From Eledone cirrhosa (taxonomy: Eukaryota), in contig OZ024741.1 of NCBI GenBank assembly GCA_964016885.1, positions 334,986,001 through 335,050,000 on the forward strand: a stretch of DNA of 64,000 nt. Direction: 5' to 3'. The number at the start of each line of letters is the position of its first letter. Within the stretch, counting starts at the first letter, position 1. Shown piece after piece: positions 40,050-53,933 of this stretch. The translations under genes and the position numbers were made by a program. The notes under the pieces were generated by a model. It saw only the letters and a program-made list of their open reading frames with translations. It had not been told where the DNA came from and did not search any database.

Positions 40050-42915
40050 CGGTTTGTCTTGTTTACTCTGAGATTTCTTGGCACTTATTTACCCAGCGGT
40101 CAACTTCCATGTGCATCACATGGCCATACCAATGCAGTCTTCTCTCCCACACACTACAGTTTATCCCTCTCATGCACAGTTTCACTCTCAACTTGTCCAT
40201 GCTTGGTTGGTCATGCACATTGACATTGCACATCCATCGGAGCATGTTTGCTTCATTTCTCTCCACCTTTGCATATCCTCCGCAGTTGCTGCCCATGTCT
40301 CACTACCAGGCAGTATCAGACACCTCACACAGGCATCATACAACCTACCTTTCGTTCATAGGGAGAAACCCTTCATTGTTAACAGAGGAAGCAGCTCCCT
40401 AAATGTCTTCCATCCTGTCCTTATTCTAGATACTATGGCCTTGGAGCATCCCGCTCCCTTGTTAATCTGGTCACCTAGATATCGGAAGCTATCAACCACC
40501 TCTATAGATCCTACCTGCATTTGAAAAATGTGCCTCTCACTGACATTTCTACTATCAATTTTTCCTGAACATCTACTACATATGAAGTTTTCCCTTCCTG
40601 TTAGTTTGCTTGCTATCCCACTACACTTCTTGTGTACCCAAGATCTGCATTGTGTACATTCAATAGAGTTTATGCCAGCTTCTTTTCTACATATCGAGGA
40701 TGGCCATTTCCCTGATGGAATCAGAGTCATGTCCTCTTTCCCACTTATCAACACTTTAGTCTTAGCTAGGTTCACTCTCAGTCCTCTTGATTCCAACTAC
40801 TGTTTCCATGAATTTATTCTCTAGCTCCTCTACTGATTCTGCTATAAGAACCAGAGCGGCAGCATAGACAAGTTCCCATGGGCAGCCAGTCTTAAACTTT
40901 TCTGTTATGGCTTCGAGAACTATAGTGAATAAGAGTGAACCCTGATGAACTCCTACTTGTATCTGGAATTCCTCACTAAACTCCATTCCTACTCTCACTT
41001 TACTGACAGCTCCTCAGTACATAGCTTGCACTGTCCTCACAAGCCATTCCTGTACACATAGTTTCCTTAGGGACCACCAGATGACAGATTGGGGTACTCT
41101 ATCAAAGGCCTTCTCTAGATCAACAAAAGCTAAATATAGTGGCTTATTCTTCTCTAAGAAGCTTTCTTGTAGTTGTCTCACTAAGAAGTGGGCATCTATT
41201 GTACTTTTCCCAGGCACAAAACCAAACTGCATCTCATCTAATTTGACTCTTTCTCTAATTAGTTGTGCTAGTATTCTCTCTGTCACTAACCCGATCCATC
41301 AGTTTTATGCCCCTATAATTGCTTCTCTCCAGAGCATCCCCTTTATCTTTGTAGCAATTTACAAGAATACTGATACACCAGTCTTTGGGTATGACTCCGC
41401 CATATATAACTTGATTGACTATGTGTGCAACTAGTTTACTTCTCCTGATGCCTTCAGCATCTCAGCAACTATCTCTGATGGTTCAGTGGCCTTACCATTT
41501 TCCTTTTCCTTAATTGCTTCTTTGACCTTATAGTCGTCAACCTCAATAGCTGGTCCCTCTCTTGGGTCTGTTGGGGGTATTTCTGTCTCTCCCATTCATT
41601 CACAACATTCATCAGTCTCTCATAATGACATTTCCAGGCCTCCTTATCTGAGTATCAGTGACACTAAGTGCACCAGCATCATTTCAGACACACTTATCTC
41701 CAACAACATCCTGATTTACACTCACACACTGCCTTGCAATGCAGAATACCTCACATCTCTGATCCTCTCATCGCAGAACATTGGCAAACCTCCTACTCTC
41801 AGCTTTCCTGCATGTATACTCAGCTTTCCTGCAAGTATACCAGATGTCTAGCCTCTCTTTTAGTGGCTGAGTATTGGTCTCTACCCTGCTCCCCATTTTT
41901 ACAATCCTTCCATGCTAGTATTTTGTCTTTAATAGCTTTATTTACCGTGCTGTTCCACCATCAAGTCACCCTCTGTCTGGTTGGAGTTTTGCTCCTGCCA
42001 CAAGTCTCTTCAGTTGCATGTGGTAGGTTGTTGCATGAGAACTTCCAGTTTTCGTCTATATGATACAATTCTAATTCGTCTTCTTTCTTATTATACACAT
42101 CTTGAAGAGCTTTCCTAAATTTATATTTAAGTAAAAGGTATTTTATCTTCCAGACATTCCTTTTCCATACCTTCCTCTGTGTCTCATTCTGTCTCTTGCT
42201 TATTGAGATGTCACTAATGACTAACCTATGTTGGGGGTACATTCTTCCCCAGGGTATGCCTTAGTATTTGAAACCATTTCTCTGTCTCATTGCCTAACTA
42301 GCAAGAAGTCAATTTGTCTTATGTGCTCACCTGATTGGTAGGTTATTAGGTGATTGGCAGGTTTCATGAAGTTAGTGTTGCAAATGGTTAGTTCACTTGA
42401 ATCACAACATTCAAGAAGCCTCACACCTTCTTTGTTTCTTGAGCCATAACCATAACCACTATGTACCCCAGTGCATCCTGGAGCTGTCAATATGACCATT
42501 GAAGTCTCTTGCTAGTATGACTAAGTCTCTATCCTCTGTCACTATGGTTGTCTCTAGAAGTTGTTTGTAAAAGCAGTCCTTCTATTCTTTACCTAGGCCC
42601 ACTTGGGGAGCATAGGTAGAGATAATTGTCAGCAGTCTAGTGCCTACAACTAATCTAACTATCTCTATTGTCTTGCTAATCCACTTCTCAGCGAGTAAAA
42701 TGCCCACCTCACCTAACCCATCATCTTTTCCTATCCAGAAAAGCTTATAGCTAAGCTGTTTGCCTGCGATTAGTCTTGCTGAGGCACCTCTCCATCTCAC
42801 CTCTTGCATGCAGCACACATCCACATGTCTTCTCTCTGGCATATCCACTATCTCACCAGATCTACCGCTCAGGGTACCAACATTAAGTGTGGCAACCCTG
42901 AGATGTGTCATCTTT
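40050..42915 (-). mobile_element. Near full-length, decayed RTE LINE (AP endonuclease and RT)
   Basis: Broken ORFs: LRVATLNVGTL...CCMQEVRWRG (APE), QIDFLL, QFGFVPGKST...DLEKAFDRV, GVHQGS, finger, RRLHWYGHV. There are many frameshifts and stops. Confidence 0.92.
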
Positions 42916-42977
42916 TGTTGATTTTTTTTCTTTTTCTCTGCAATGAAAAATATTTAAAATCATTATCATCATTATTG

Positions 42978-43415
42978 ATCCAGCCGAGGTTAAATTTGCC
43001 ATTCATCCTTATGGGGTGGATATAATAATGTACCAGTAATGTACTGGGATAATTGCTGGCCTTGTGCCAAAAGTTGAAACAATCATTATTATAATTGTTG
43101 TTTGGATTGGCAGTATTGGTAGAGGGTCGGACGCCATGCTTTGACGCATAGAGTTACGGCCCTTGCCATTCTGAGTTCAAATCCTGCCAAGGTTAACTTT
43201 GCCTTTCATCCTTACGGGGTCGATAAAATAAAGTACCAGTAATGCACTGAGTAATTGCTGGCCTTGTGCCTAACGTAGAAACAATTATTATTGTTGTTGT
43301 TCAAGTCCCGCCGAAATTAACTTTGTCTTTCATCATTAAGGGGTTGATAAAATAAAGTACCAGTAATACACTGGGATAATTGCTGGCCTTGTGCCAAAAG
43401 TAGAAACAATCAGTA
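42978..43415 (+). mobile_element. Three tandem SINE-A copies (one full, two 5'-truncated)
   Basis: Three successive GTACCAGTAAT...GCTGGCCTTGTGCC...GAAACAAT tails. Confidence 0.85.
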
Positions 43416-43925
43416 TTGTTGTTGTTGTGCAATTGCTTTTTGACGGTCATGGGGTTCTCACACATGGCCGCACTAGCCACCTCACTACCATTCGCAGCCC
43501 TAACAAGGTTAGTGTTATTACTGTTTATACAGTTATTGCTATATTTGAATATTTAATATAACACATTAAACTGAAGCCCCATAAACTCTATTTAGGGGAA
43601 TATAAGCCAGAGAGACAGACACACTAGTATACATACACAGATTTCAATATATGTTGTGTTTAACTGAAATTACAGAATTGTTAAGTTTGATATTTTGCAC
43701 TTGATCTTCTCAAGTGTTTCTTTCTTTTTCATCATCATTATCTTCATCATCACATTCGTCACTATCGCCACCATCATTATCATCATCACTACCACCACCA
43801 TCATCATCACTATCACCATCATCATTGCCACTACCAACATCATCACCTCCACCACCACAAACACCAACATCATCGGCATAGTTATCATCATGATGATCCC
43901 TGCTGCCACCATCACCACCACCTCC

Positions 43926-43958
<33 letters not shown>

Positions 43959-44178
43959 CCTACCATCCATCATCATCATCATCATCCCTACCTTTATGAT
44001 AACCACCACCACCACCAACAACAAGATCATCATCACCACCACCACCACAACCGTCACCATATATATATATAAAACATTTTGTTTTAATCATTTTCTAACC
44101 CAGAAAAAAGAGAGAGAAACAAAAATGGAAAAAAAAATATTTTTCTTCCTAATAATCTTCTCTTTTTCCCTGTTTTCA

Positions 44179-44285
<107 letters not shown>

Positions 44286-44308
44286 ATATAGGTATATATA
44301 CATATATA

Positions 44309-44342
<34 letters not shown>

Positions 44343-44458
44343 ACATATATATATATACAATTAAGTTAAAAATGTACATCCACATATGTATACTGAAATA
44401 CTAGTATGCATATGAATACACACACGTATACATATGTAGATGTACCGAGTTTTTCACT

Positions 44459-44898
44459 GGTCACTTTACTGTGAGTGTCCAGCTATTCTGTATGTAAACA
44501 CACAGACAAACCGGTTTTTAGAGTCATACTGGTTTTTGAGTGAGTTACAAACGAAGTGAGTTACAAACGAAACGAAATTTAATTTCGTTTCGTTATTTGT
44601 TTTTATCGTCTCCGTTGAGCCGGTACGTACTCACACTCTATGCAAATTAGTCTGCCCACTACTAATTTTCATAGAAAAAGCATATAACGATATGTGCTTT
44701 TACGATTCTCTAGAAAGGCCGGAAGATAGGTAAATATTGCTGATGAGATGTAACAACATCGAAACTAGTTCAATATTCCTTGTCTGGCTTTCTGTAGAAT
44801 AGAGGAAAGGTGTTTCCTCAAAAACCAGTATGACTCTAAAAACCGGTTTGTCTGTGTGTTTACATACAGAATAGCTGGACACTCACAGTAAAGTGACC
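44459..44898. repeat. Fold-back element with perfect 82-bp inverted arms enclosing a hammerhead
   Basis: 44459-44540 is the exact reverse complement of 44817-44898. Confidence 0.92.
44733..44777 (+). ncRNA. Minimal type I hammerhead ribozyme, intact
   Basis: AATATTG-CTGATGA-GATGT(aaca)ACATC-GAA-ACTAGT-T-CAATATT. It has a perfect 7-bp stem I, the full CUGAUGA/GAAA core, a 5-bp stem II with G10.1-C11.1, palindromic stem III ACUAGU and a GUU triplet. Confidence 0.9.
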
Positions 44899-44973
44899 AT
44901 ATATATATGAAAACAGGGAGAAAGAGACGATTATTAGGAAGAAAAATATATTTTTTCCTTTTTTGTTTCTCTC

Positions 44974-45004
<31 letters not shown>

Positions 45005-45041
45005 GTATGTATATATATATATGTATATATATATATATGTA

Positions 45042-45104
<63 letters not shown>

Positions 45105-45106
45105 AC

Positions 45107-45140
<34 letters not shown>

Positions 45141-45200
45141 GTGTGTGTGTATGTGTAATATGTATATATGTAATATGTATATATGTAATATGTATATATG

Positions 45201-45291
<91 letters not shown>

Positions 45292-45293
45292 AC

Positions 45294-45345
<52 letters not shown>

Positions 45346-45512
45346 AAATGATCCGTCAGAAAGGTCCAGGAAAAAAGAGTGCTCTATATAGGTTACATAA
45401 ATATATATATATATATATATATGCAAAAGTTTTATTTAAAATTGTTGGGTTACAACAAGTAAATATTTTATAACTGATATAAAGCACTCAACAAGTTTTG
45501 GAGTAGATATAC

Positions 45513-46086
<574 letters not shown>

Positions 46087-46089
46087 TTA

Positions 46090-46415
46090 TAGTGGTTAGA
46101 GCATTGGCCTTGCAATCGAAAGGTTGTGAGTTCAATTCTCAGACTGGGTGATGTGTTGTTTCCTTGAGCAAGACACTTTATTTCACATTGCTCCAGTTTA
46201 CTCAGCTGTAGAAATGAGATGATAGGGACTGGGGTCCATATCATTCCACTGCAAACTGGTCGTGCAGGTGCCATGTCAAAAAAGCACCCACCACTCACTG
46301 TAAATGAGGTTGGTGTTAGGAAGGGCATCCAGCTGTAGAAATCAAGCCAGAATCAGTTCCCGTCCACCCTTGCAAGCAGGGAAAAGCGGACATAAAATGA
46401 AATGATGATGAATGA

Positions 46416-46418
<3 letters not shown>
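46090..46418 (+). mobile_element. SINE family B
   Basis: Matches 21642-22017. Confidence 0.87.
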
Positions 46419-46507
<89 letters not shown>

Positions 46508-46659
46508 CACACACATTGTACTGAGGTCGATTTAATCAACTTTCCCCTCTCTGAAAATCAGAAAATATTATTATTATTATTTGAGACTTCTATTGAATTC
46601 TGCTTCTTTCCCAATCTATACTGAATGTCAACCTGACACCAGAGTATTATTATTATTAT

Positions 46660-48205
46660 TAGTTGATAAAATAAAGTACCAGTAATTCACTGGATTAATT
46701 GCTGGCCTTGTGCCAAAAGTAGAAACAATTATTATTATAAATTGACTTGGCAGGGCGGTAGATTGGCAGTATCGGTAGAAGGCTGGACGCCATGCTTTGC
46801 AGCATAGAGTTACGGCCCTTTATGATCTAAGTTCAAATCCCGCCGAGGTTAACTTTGCCTTTCATCCTTACGGGGTCGATAAAATAAAGTACCAGTCATG
46901 CAGTGGGGTCGATTTCATCGACTTTCCCCTCCTCCAAATTGCTGGCCTTGTGCCTACATAAGAAACCATTATTAATTGACTTGGCAGAATCGGTGGAGCC
47001 GATGGCCCTTTACGTTCTGAGTTCAAATCCAGCTGAGGTTAACTTTGCCTTTCATCCTTATGGGGTCGATAAAATAAAGCACCAGTAATGTACTGGGGTC
47101 GATTTAATCGACTTCCCCTCTCCCCAAAAATTGTTGGCCATGTACCTAAATCAGAAACGATTGTTAATAACAATAATAATTGTTTCTACTTTAGGCACAA
47201 GTCCAGCAATTACCAGTGCATTACTGGTACTTTATTTTATCCACCCCGTAAGGATGAAAGGCAAAGTCAACCTCGGCGGGATTTGAACTCAGATCATAAA
47301 GGGACGTAACTATGCTGGAAAGCATGGCGTCCGACCCTCTACCGATACTGCCAATCCACCACCCTTTAATAATAATTGTTTCTACTTTTGGCACAAGGCC
47401 AGCAATTAACCAGTACATTACTGGTACTTTATTTTATTGACCTCGTAAGGATGAAAGGCAAAGTTAACCGCCCTTTAATAATAATAATAATGATTTCTGG
47501 TATAGGCACAAGGCCAGTAATTTGGCGGGCGGGCAAAGTCGATTAAATCCACTCCAGTACGTTACTGGTGCTTTATTTTACCAACCCCGTAAGGATGAAA
47601 GGCAAAGTTGAACTCAAAACGCAAAGGGCCATAACTCTATGCCGCAAAGCATGGTGTCTGACTTTCTACCGATACTGCCGATTCACTGCCCTTAAATATT
47701 ATTAATAATAAAAATAATTGTTTCTACTTTAGGCACAAGGCCAGCAACCACCCAGTGCATTACTGGTACTTTATTAATAATAATAATAATATCAAAATGC
47801 TTTTCCATATTTAATTTAACTTTCTATGTTCTGAGTTCAAATCCCACTGAGGTCAGTTTTGTCTTTCACCCTTACATGGTTGATAAAATGACATACCAAT
47901 AATTCACTGGGGTCAATAGTATTAAATCCATCCCCCATCCTTCAAAATTGCTGGCCTTGTGCCTAAACTAGAAACTATTATTATTATTATTATATTTAAT
48001 AATAATAATATTATTGGTGGATTGGCAGTATTGGTAGAGAGTCGGACGCCATGCTTTGCAGCATAAAGTTACGGCCCTTTATGGTCTGAGTTCAAATCCC
48101 GCCAAGATTAACTTTGCTTTTCATCCTTACGGGGTCGATAAAATAAAGTACCAGTAATACACTGGATAATTGCTGGCCTTGTGCCAAAAGTAGAAATAAT
48201 TATTG
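46660..48205. mobile_element. Dense cluster of SINE-A copies in both orientations
   Basis: + copies at about 46660-47165, - copies at about 47175-47775, and + copies at about 47820-48205, separated by (TAA)n. Confidence 0.87.
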
Positions 48206-48635
48206 TTATATTTTCTCGTTTCTCTTTCACCTTCTCTTTCTCTCCCTCTGTTTCTCTCTCTCTTTCTCCCCCTTTCTTTCTCCCTCTTTTTTTATCTCCC
48301 TCTCTCTCAATCACTCTGCTTATCTCCCTTTCTCTCTGTGCTTCTCTTTCATTCTCTGTCAATTTCACTACCACCGTCTCTCTGACTCTATGTATACCTC
48401 CAATATCAGAGTCAGTATCTCTCGTTTAGGTTCTCAGTCCATCTGTTAATGACTTGGCAAAAATTGCTTTCTTTCGTTGTAGAACACTTCTCAACTCTCA
48501 TTTTGATAAGCCAAGAAATGTAATGAGATGTAATTGATTTCCAGTTTCTTTTGACATACGCCATATGCAAAGTAGCTGACTGTTTCTACTGCTGCCCCCA
48601 ATATCTCTCTCTCTCTCTCAAAACGTTGATGATGA

Positions 48636-49122
<487 letters not shown>

Positions 49123-49199
49123 TTGTTTGTAACTGCAAGTGAAGTCATTCTTTTCCTTTTTTCAAATATACCTAACTGTACCAAGGATTTCACACATTT

Positions 49200-49262
<63 letters not shown>

Positions 49263-49542
49263 GACAAGCACTGAGATAGAAGAACAATTAGTTTTATAAG
49301 GTTCATGCTTTGGATGAAAGAGAGAAAAGAAGTTCAACATTTTGGACTTTAGTCCTTTGTCAGGAGAATACAAGTAGATAGATTAGAAAATTAAAAATAG
49401 AAAAAGAGGGACATGTGAGTGAGTGTGTGTTGGTTTTAATTTGTTTTGTGTGTCTCATGTATATTGGTGGAATGGTCTATACATATACATGTATATATAT
49501 TATACACACATACACACTCACACACATATATATAAAGATATA

Positions 49543-49578
<36 letters not shown>

Positions 49579-49756
49579 GCCCCACACTGTAAATGTGGTT
49601 GGTGTTAGGAAGGGCATCCAGCTGTAGAAAACCCGCCAGACAGTCCTATGTGAGCAAGACAACCACTCTTGCCTCAAGTGGGAAAACCCCCGTCCAAACC
49701 CATGCAAGCGTGGAACACGGACGTTAAACGTTGATGATGATGATGATGATGATGAT
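49579..49756 (+). mobile_element. RTE 3' UTR/tail fragment
   Basis: Matches 15313-15490 and ends in (GAT)n. Confidence 0.85.
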
Positions 49757-49764
49757 ATATATAT

Positions 49765-50470
49765 AAACGGAAAAAATGAATCGAAATTTCATTTCTCACT
49801 CCCAGTACGGCTGTTACCTAAATATAAGTATGTACACGTACATACATATATGTATACAGACGTACAGTAGTATGTATATATATACATACATGCACCCATA
49901 TATATATATATATATGTATGGATTTACCGAGCATTTATTATAATGCTCGGTTTGTTTGTAAACAAACATCCCGAATTAGGCATACAGTGTTTAGCAACCA
50001 TCGTTGCCCTTTTGTTCAACACTGACAAAGGAACGATGTACTAGTTTCAAGCTTATTAGCTATCGTCAGCACTGTATACCTTCCTGCCAGATGATTGAAC
50101 GTCTGAAAGTATATACTTTCCTTATGCATATTAACGGCTGAGCAGCCTAATTTTCATATTTGCGTACTGGGAGTGAGAAATGAAATTTCGTTTCATTTTT
50201 TCCGTTTTTCGTTTTTGATGCACCCGGCCAATTAACTCACTCGATATGCAAATTAGGCTGCTCAGCTGTTAATATGCATAAGGAAAGTATATATTTTCAG
50301 ATGTTCAATCATCTGGCAGGTATATTCATTTTATTATAGAAATGACTTTTACAAGACTAGAACTGTTTCATTGTGAGAAATCCTCATTCTTACAAACTGT
50401 TTCATTTGTAAGAATGATGTAAGAATGATGAAATAGTTCTAGTCTTATAGAAGTCATTTCTATAATAAAA

Positions 50471-50478
<8 letters not shown>
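49765..50478. repeat. Interleaved inverted repeats with a hammerhead, next to the Penelope fragment
   Basis: IR1 49765-49809/50163-50207, IR2 50083-50158/50245-50320, IR3 50321-50371/50428-50478. Confidence 0.85.
50036..50072 (-). ncRNA. Minimal type I hammerhead ribozyme (paralog of 24542)
   Basis: Minus strand: GTG-CTGACGA-tAGCT(aata)AGCTt-GAA-ACTAGT-A-CAT, with a GUA triplet. Confidence 0.7.
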
Positions 50479-50507
<29 letters not shown>

Positions 50508-50599
50508 GTTTGAATTTGTAAAGCCAAACAATGCAGGTATGGACATAGAATAAAAATGCAAATGCAAAAGATATTGTTGACAATTAGTCTTTTACTTTA

Positions 50600-51800
50600 G
50601 ATTTATTTAAATGTCCTTAATTTTCGAGATAATATCTCTTCTTCGGAGGGTAGTAAAGCGGTTAAACCAGTGTTCTAAATAGCTTGCCAAGTCATGCTGA
50701 CAGGAAACGGTACAGAGTATCTGTTCTATCTCTAATGTCAAAGAGTTAAGGTTAGGTGGATAAAGAGTAGTCTCCCTTTAAAAGGGTTTTTTTTGTACAT
50801 GTCTGTTTAAGTGTGTGGGAGAATGCGTGAATGTGTAAGTATGTGTGTGTGTGTGTGTGTGAGTGTGAGAAGATATGTCTATACGTAAATGTGGGGGATA
50901 GATGTTCTCTCGTGTTAGAACTGGTTTTTGTATGTGTATGTGTGTGTGTGAGAGAGAATAAGTGGAGGTGTAAGCGTGTGTGTGTGTGTGTGTGTGTGCA
51001 TGCGTATGTGTGTGTGTGTGCATGTGTGTGGGAGGGTGTAAGTATGAGGCTAGATGCTCTATCAAGTTATAAATTGGGTGGTGAGTTCTAGTCTATTATT
51101 GATTGGTGGTTGTGTTTTGTCTATAATTAGAGCTTCCTTAAGATTACCGAGGTTTCTTTCCTTAGTTTCTATCCTAACTGTTATGGTTTTGTCGGTGTTT
51201 TTGCATTTCACTAGGTGTTTCTTAAATGAGGAAGCGTTAGTATTGAGGTGTTCTTTTATTCTAATGTGAAGTGGTCTGGTGGTGCTACCTATGTAGAAGT
51301 TGCTGCATTTGTCGCACTCTAGTCTGTATACGACGTAAGCCTGGTTGCATAGGTCTGTGTCGTTGATGGGGTAGTTGGCTAGCCTGCAGCAGTTGTCATG
51401 TCTGGTGGAGTGTCTTTTGGTTAGCTGTCCGCGTAGAGAAGGTCTTGAGTGGGCCAGTTGGATATCTACTCCCTCTCGTCTGATAACTCTGCGGATGGCC
51501 GTTGTTGTTTCGTCACTGAAGTGTGGGAGCTTCAGGAAGCAAGTGTTAGTGCCTCGGGTGTGGTGTCCTCTGTTCTTTCTGGCATGGTTTGTGGTGGATG
51601 TCGTGTATCCGTTCAGTTTGAGTACTTCCAGGAAATGTGTGGTGTGTGTGTCTCGGTCTCTAGCGTCGGTGCATTTGTTCCGGATACGTGTTAGTTTGTT
51701 CCTTATGTATTCGAACATAGCGCCGGCTGGGAGGGCCGATCTGAAATGTCGAACAAGTCCCTGCTGGCGGCTTTTTTATAGAACCAGGTGTGGATGTTGC
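50600..51800 (-). mobile_element. Penelope-like element, 5'-truncated (RT C-terminus, GIY-YIG endonuclease and 3' region)
   Basis: ORF 51062-51718 contains VVYRLECDKCSNFYIGSTTRPLHIRIKEH (GIY-YIG) and LKLNGY/LPHF motifs. A degenerate hammerhead-like motif lies downstream at 50615-50649 on the same strand. Confidence 0.88.
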
Positions 51801-51984
51801 CTATATATATATATGAAGGATTCGGGACCCCAACGACTGAGCTCCTGCTGTTTCAACGGCTGGATGCGAATCCTTCATATTATCCACTCTACTACCCCAA
51901 GTATCGAGTACTCTGGTGTGTAATGGTCTAACTGGTTTTTACAGCAACTATTCTGATTTATATATATATACATATATATATATA

Positions 51985-52230
51985 CTAGCAGATGTACCCG
52001 GCGTTGCTCGGGAAATGAATGACAGCCTGAATTGTTCAAGGTCGTTTATGGCTTAGCTAGCAATTTCTGAGTGCATGTCAGCTTATGTCAGCTAATTGGC
52101 TAGCCAATGAGAGGTCACCTCAATAGCACATGCCAAATCGGCCTAGTACTTCAAAAGTTAAAAGAAGCCTAGTATTTGTACACCGACAGACACACACACA
52201 CACAGACCGACTTGCTTTTATATATATAGA
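51985..52230 (-). mobile_element. Non-autonomous Helitron-like element
   Basis: The minus strand starts TCTATATATATAAAA, has an internal (TG)n/TCTG tract, and ends with hairpin CCCGAGC-AAC-GCCGGG followed 8 nt later by CTAG|T. Confidence 0.75.
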
Positions 52231-52767
52231 CTAGCAGAAAACCACCCGGTGGGTGGTTTTCTGCTAGCAAATCTAGTGTATATACTGATATTGTTGAGAT
52301 TTGGATGAGAAATGTTTTCGGCACCACATGTTCACTGCGCAATCTGATTAATAAATTACTTCATCAGCAGCAACCTTCTTTAAATGGTCCTTATTATCAG
52401 CAGCAACCTTCTTCAAATGGTCCTTATTATCAGCAGCAACAACCACAAATTTAATGGCAACCTTTTTTGCATGGTGTCAAGTCAGAACCGCCTCAAACTG
52501 GTTACTTCTGGCTTGTGCAAGGTGTCTCTATAGCAACCAGCGATTCCCTTGGCCTCAGTGACCAAAGTCAGTGGAGAGGGGAAGGTAATGTTTCTATAGC
52601 ACGTGTTTTAGCGTCTATTCACTCTCTCTCTCTCTCTCCCTCTCTCCCTCCCGCTATCCCCCTCTCGTAGTCTGTCTCTTTCTTTCACTCTCACTCTCTC
52701 TCTACGCACGTGTTTCCACTGTCGGACAGACAGACAGAGAAATTGCTGGTTATATATATTAAGTAGA
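52231..52767 (-). mobile_element. Second Helitron-like unit in tandem
   Basis: 5' A|TCTACTTAATATATATAA at 52767, an (TCTG)n tract, and 3' CTAG at 52231-52234 joined directly to the 5' TC of the neighbouring unit. Confidence 0.6.
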
Positions 52768-52832
52768 TATATATATACATATATATTACATATATATATC
52801 ATCATCATCATCATCATTTTACGCCCACTTTT

Positions 52833-53155
52833 GATGTGTTGTGTCCTTGAGCAAGACACTTTATTTCACATTGCTCCAGTTTACTCAGCTGTAGAAATGA
52901 GATGATAGGACTGAGGTCCATATCATTCCACTGCAAAGTAGTCATGGAGGTGCCACGGCAAAAAAGCACCCAGCCCACACTGTAAAGTGGACGTGTAGGT
53001 GCCACAAAAGAAAAAAAGCACCCAGCACTCACTGTAAATGAGGTTGGTGTTAGGAAGGGCATCCAGCTGTAGAAATCAAGCCAGAATCAGTTCCCATCCC
53101 ACCCTTGCAAGCAGGGAAAAAGCGGACGTAAAATGATGATGATGATGATGATGAT
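52833..53155 (+). mobile_element. SINE family B, 5'-truncated
   Basis: Matches family B. Other partial copies lie at 19408-19626 (+), 55342-55572 (-) and 56363-56608 (-). Related heads occur at 12979-13180 and 15769-15970. Confidence 0.85.
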
Positions 53156-53697
53156 ATATATATATATACAAATGGAAGTACAGCATAGTCGAAGCTCGAG
53201 CTGCAGGTAAGCCAAATATATATATGTGTGTGTGTGTATATATACATATACACACACACTCCCACACACACACATATATATATAAATATGAGACATTACT
53301 ATGGTGAAATACAAGTCTCTTATAATCTTTCTTAAGATAATATGTCAGCAATATTAATATATACTTCATTAGTAACTATGGTTAATTGAAGGTACAAATA
53401 TCAACATTTATAATTGTTATCTTGGTTTCCTTTGGTTTCACTTTGGTTTTGGTTTTTTATTAATTTAAAAAATTATTCATTATTTATTTTGTCTGTCTGT
53501 TTAGAACAATCTGTGCAAGGAAATATCACTTCTTATCAGATCATTGATTTATGTATGTATGGCTGGCTGTGATGTATGTATGTATGTGTATGTGTGGCTG
53601 TGATGTATGTATGTGTTTATGAATGTTGTATGCATGCATATATGTGTGATGTATATTTGTATGTATGTGTGTATGTATATATGTGTGTATGTATGTG

Positions 53698-53728
<31 letters not shown>

Positions 53729-53755
53729 TTATAGATGTGTGTGTGTGTTCATCAT

Positions 53756-53794
<39 letters not shown>

Positions 53795-53933
53795 GTTGCA
53801 GAGGAGTGTTGTTTATCTTAGTTGTTACGTTGTAACTTCCTGAGGATAAAGAGGTCTTAGTGATCCAAAGCACTACACGTCAGTAGTTTATCCCAGGTAG
53901 GTGATAAAGAGTGATGGATTATTCATTTATCAA

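Noticed and set aside
41575-41620. CTGATGA...GAAA on the minus strand
   Set aside because: Lies in RTE coding sequence and has no stem II, no stem III palindrome and no stem I. It is a chance match.
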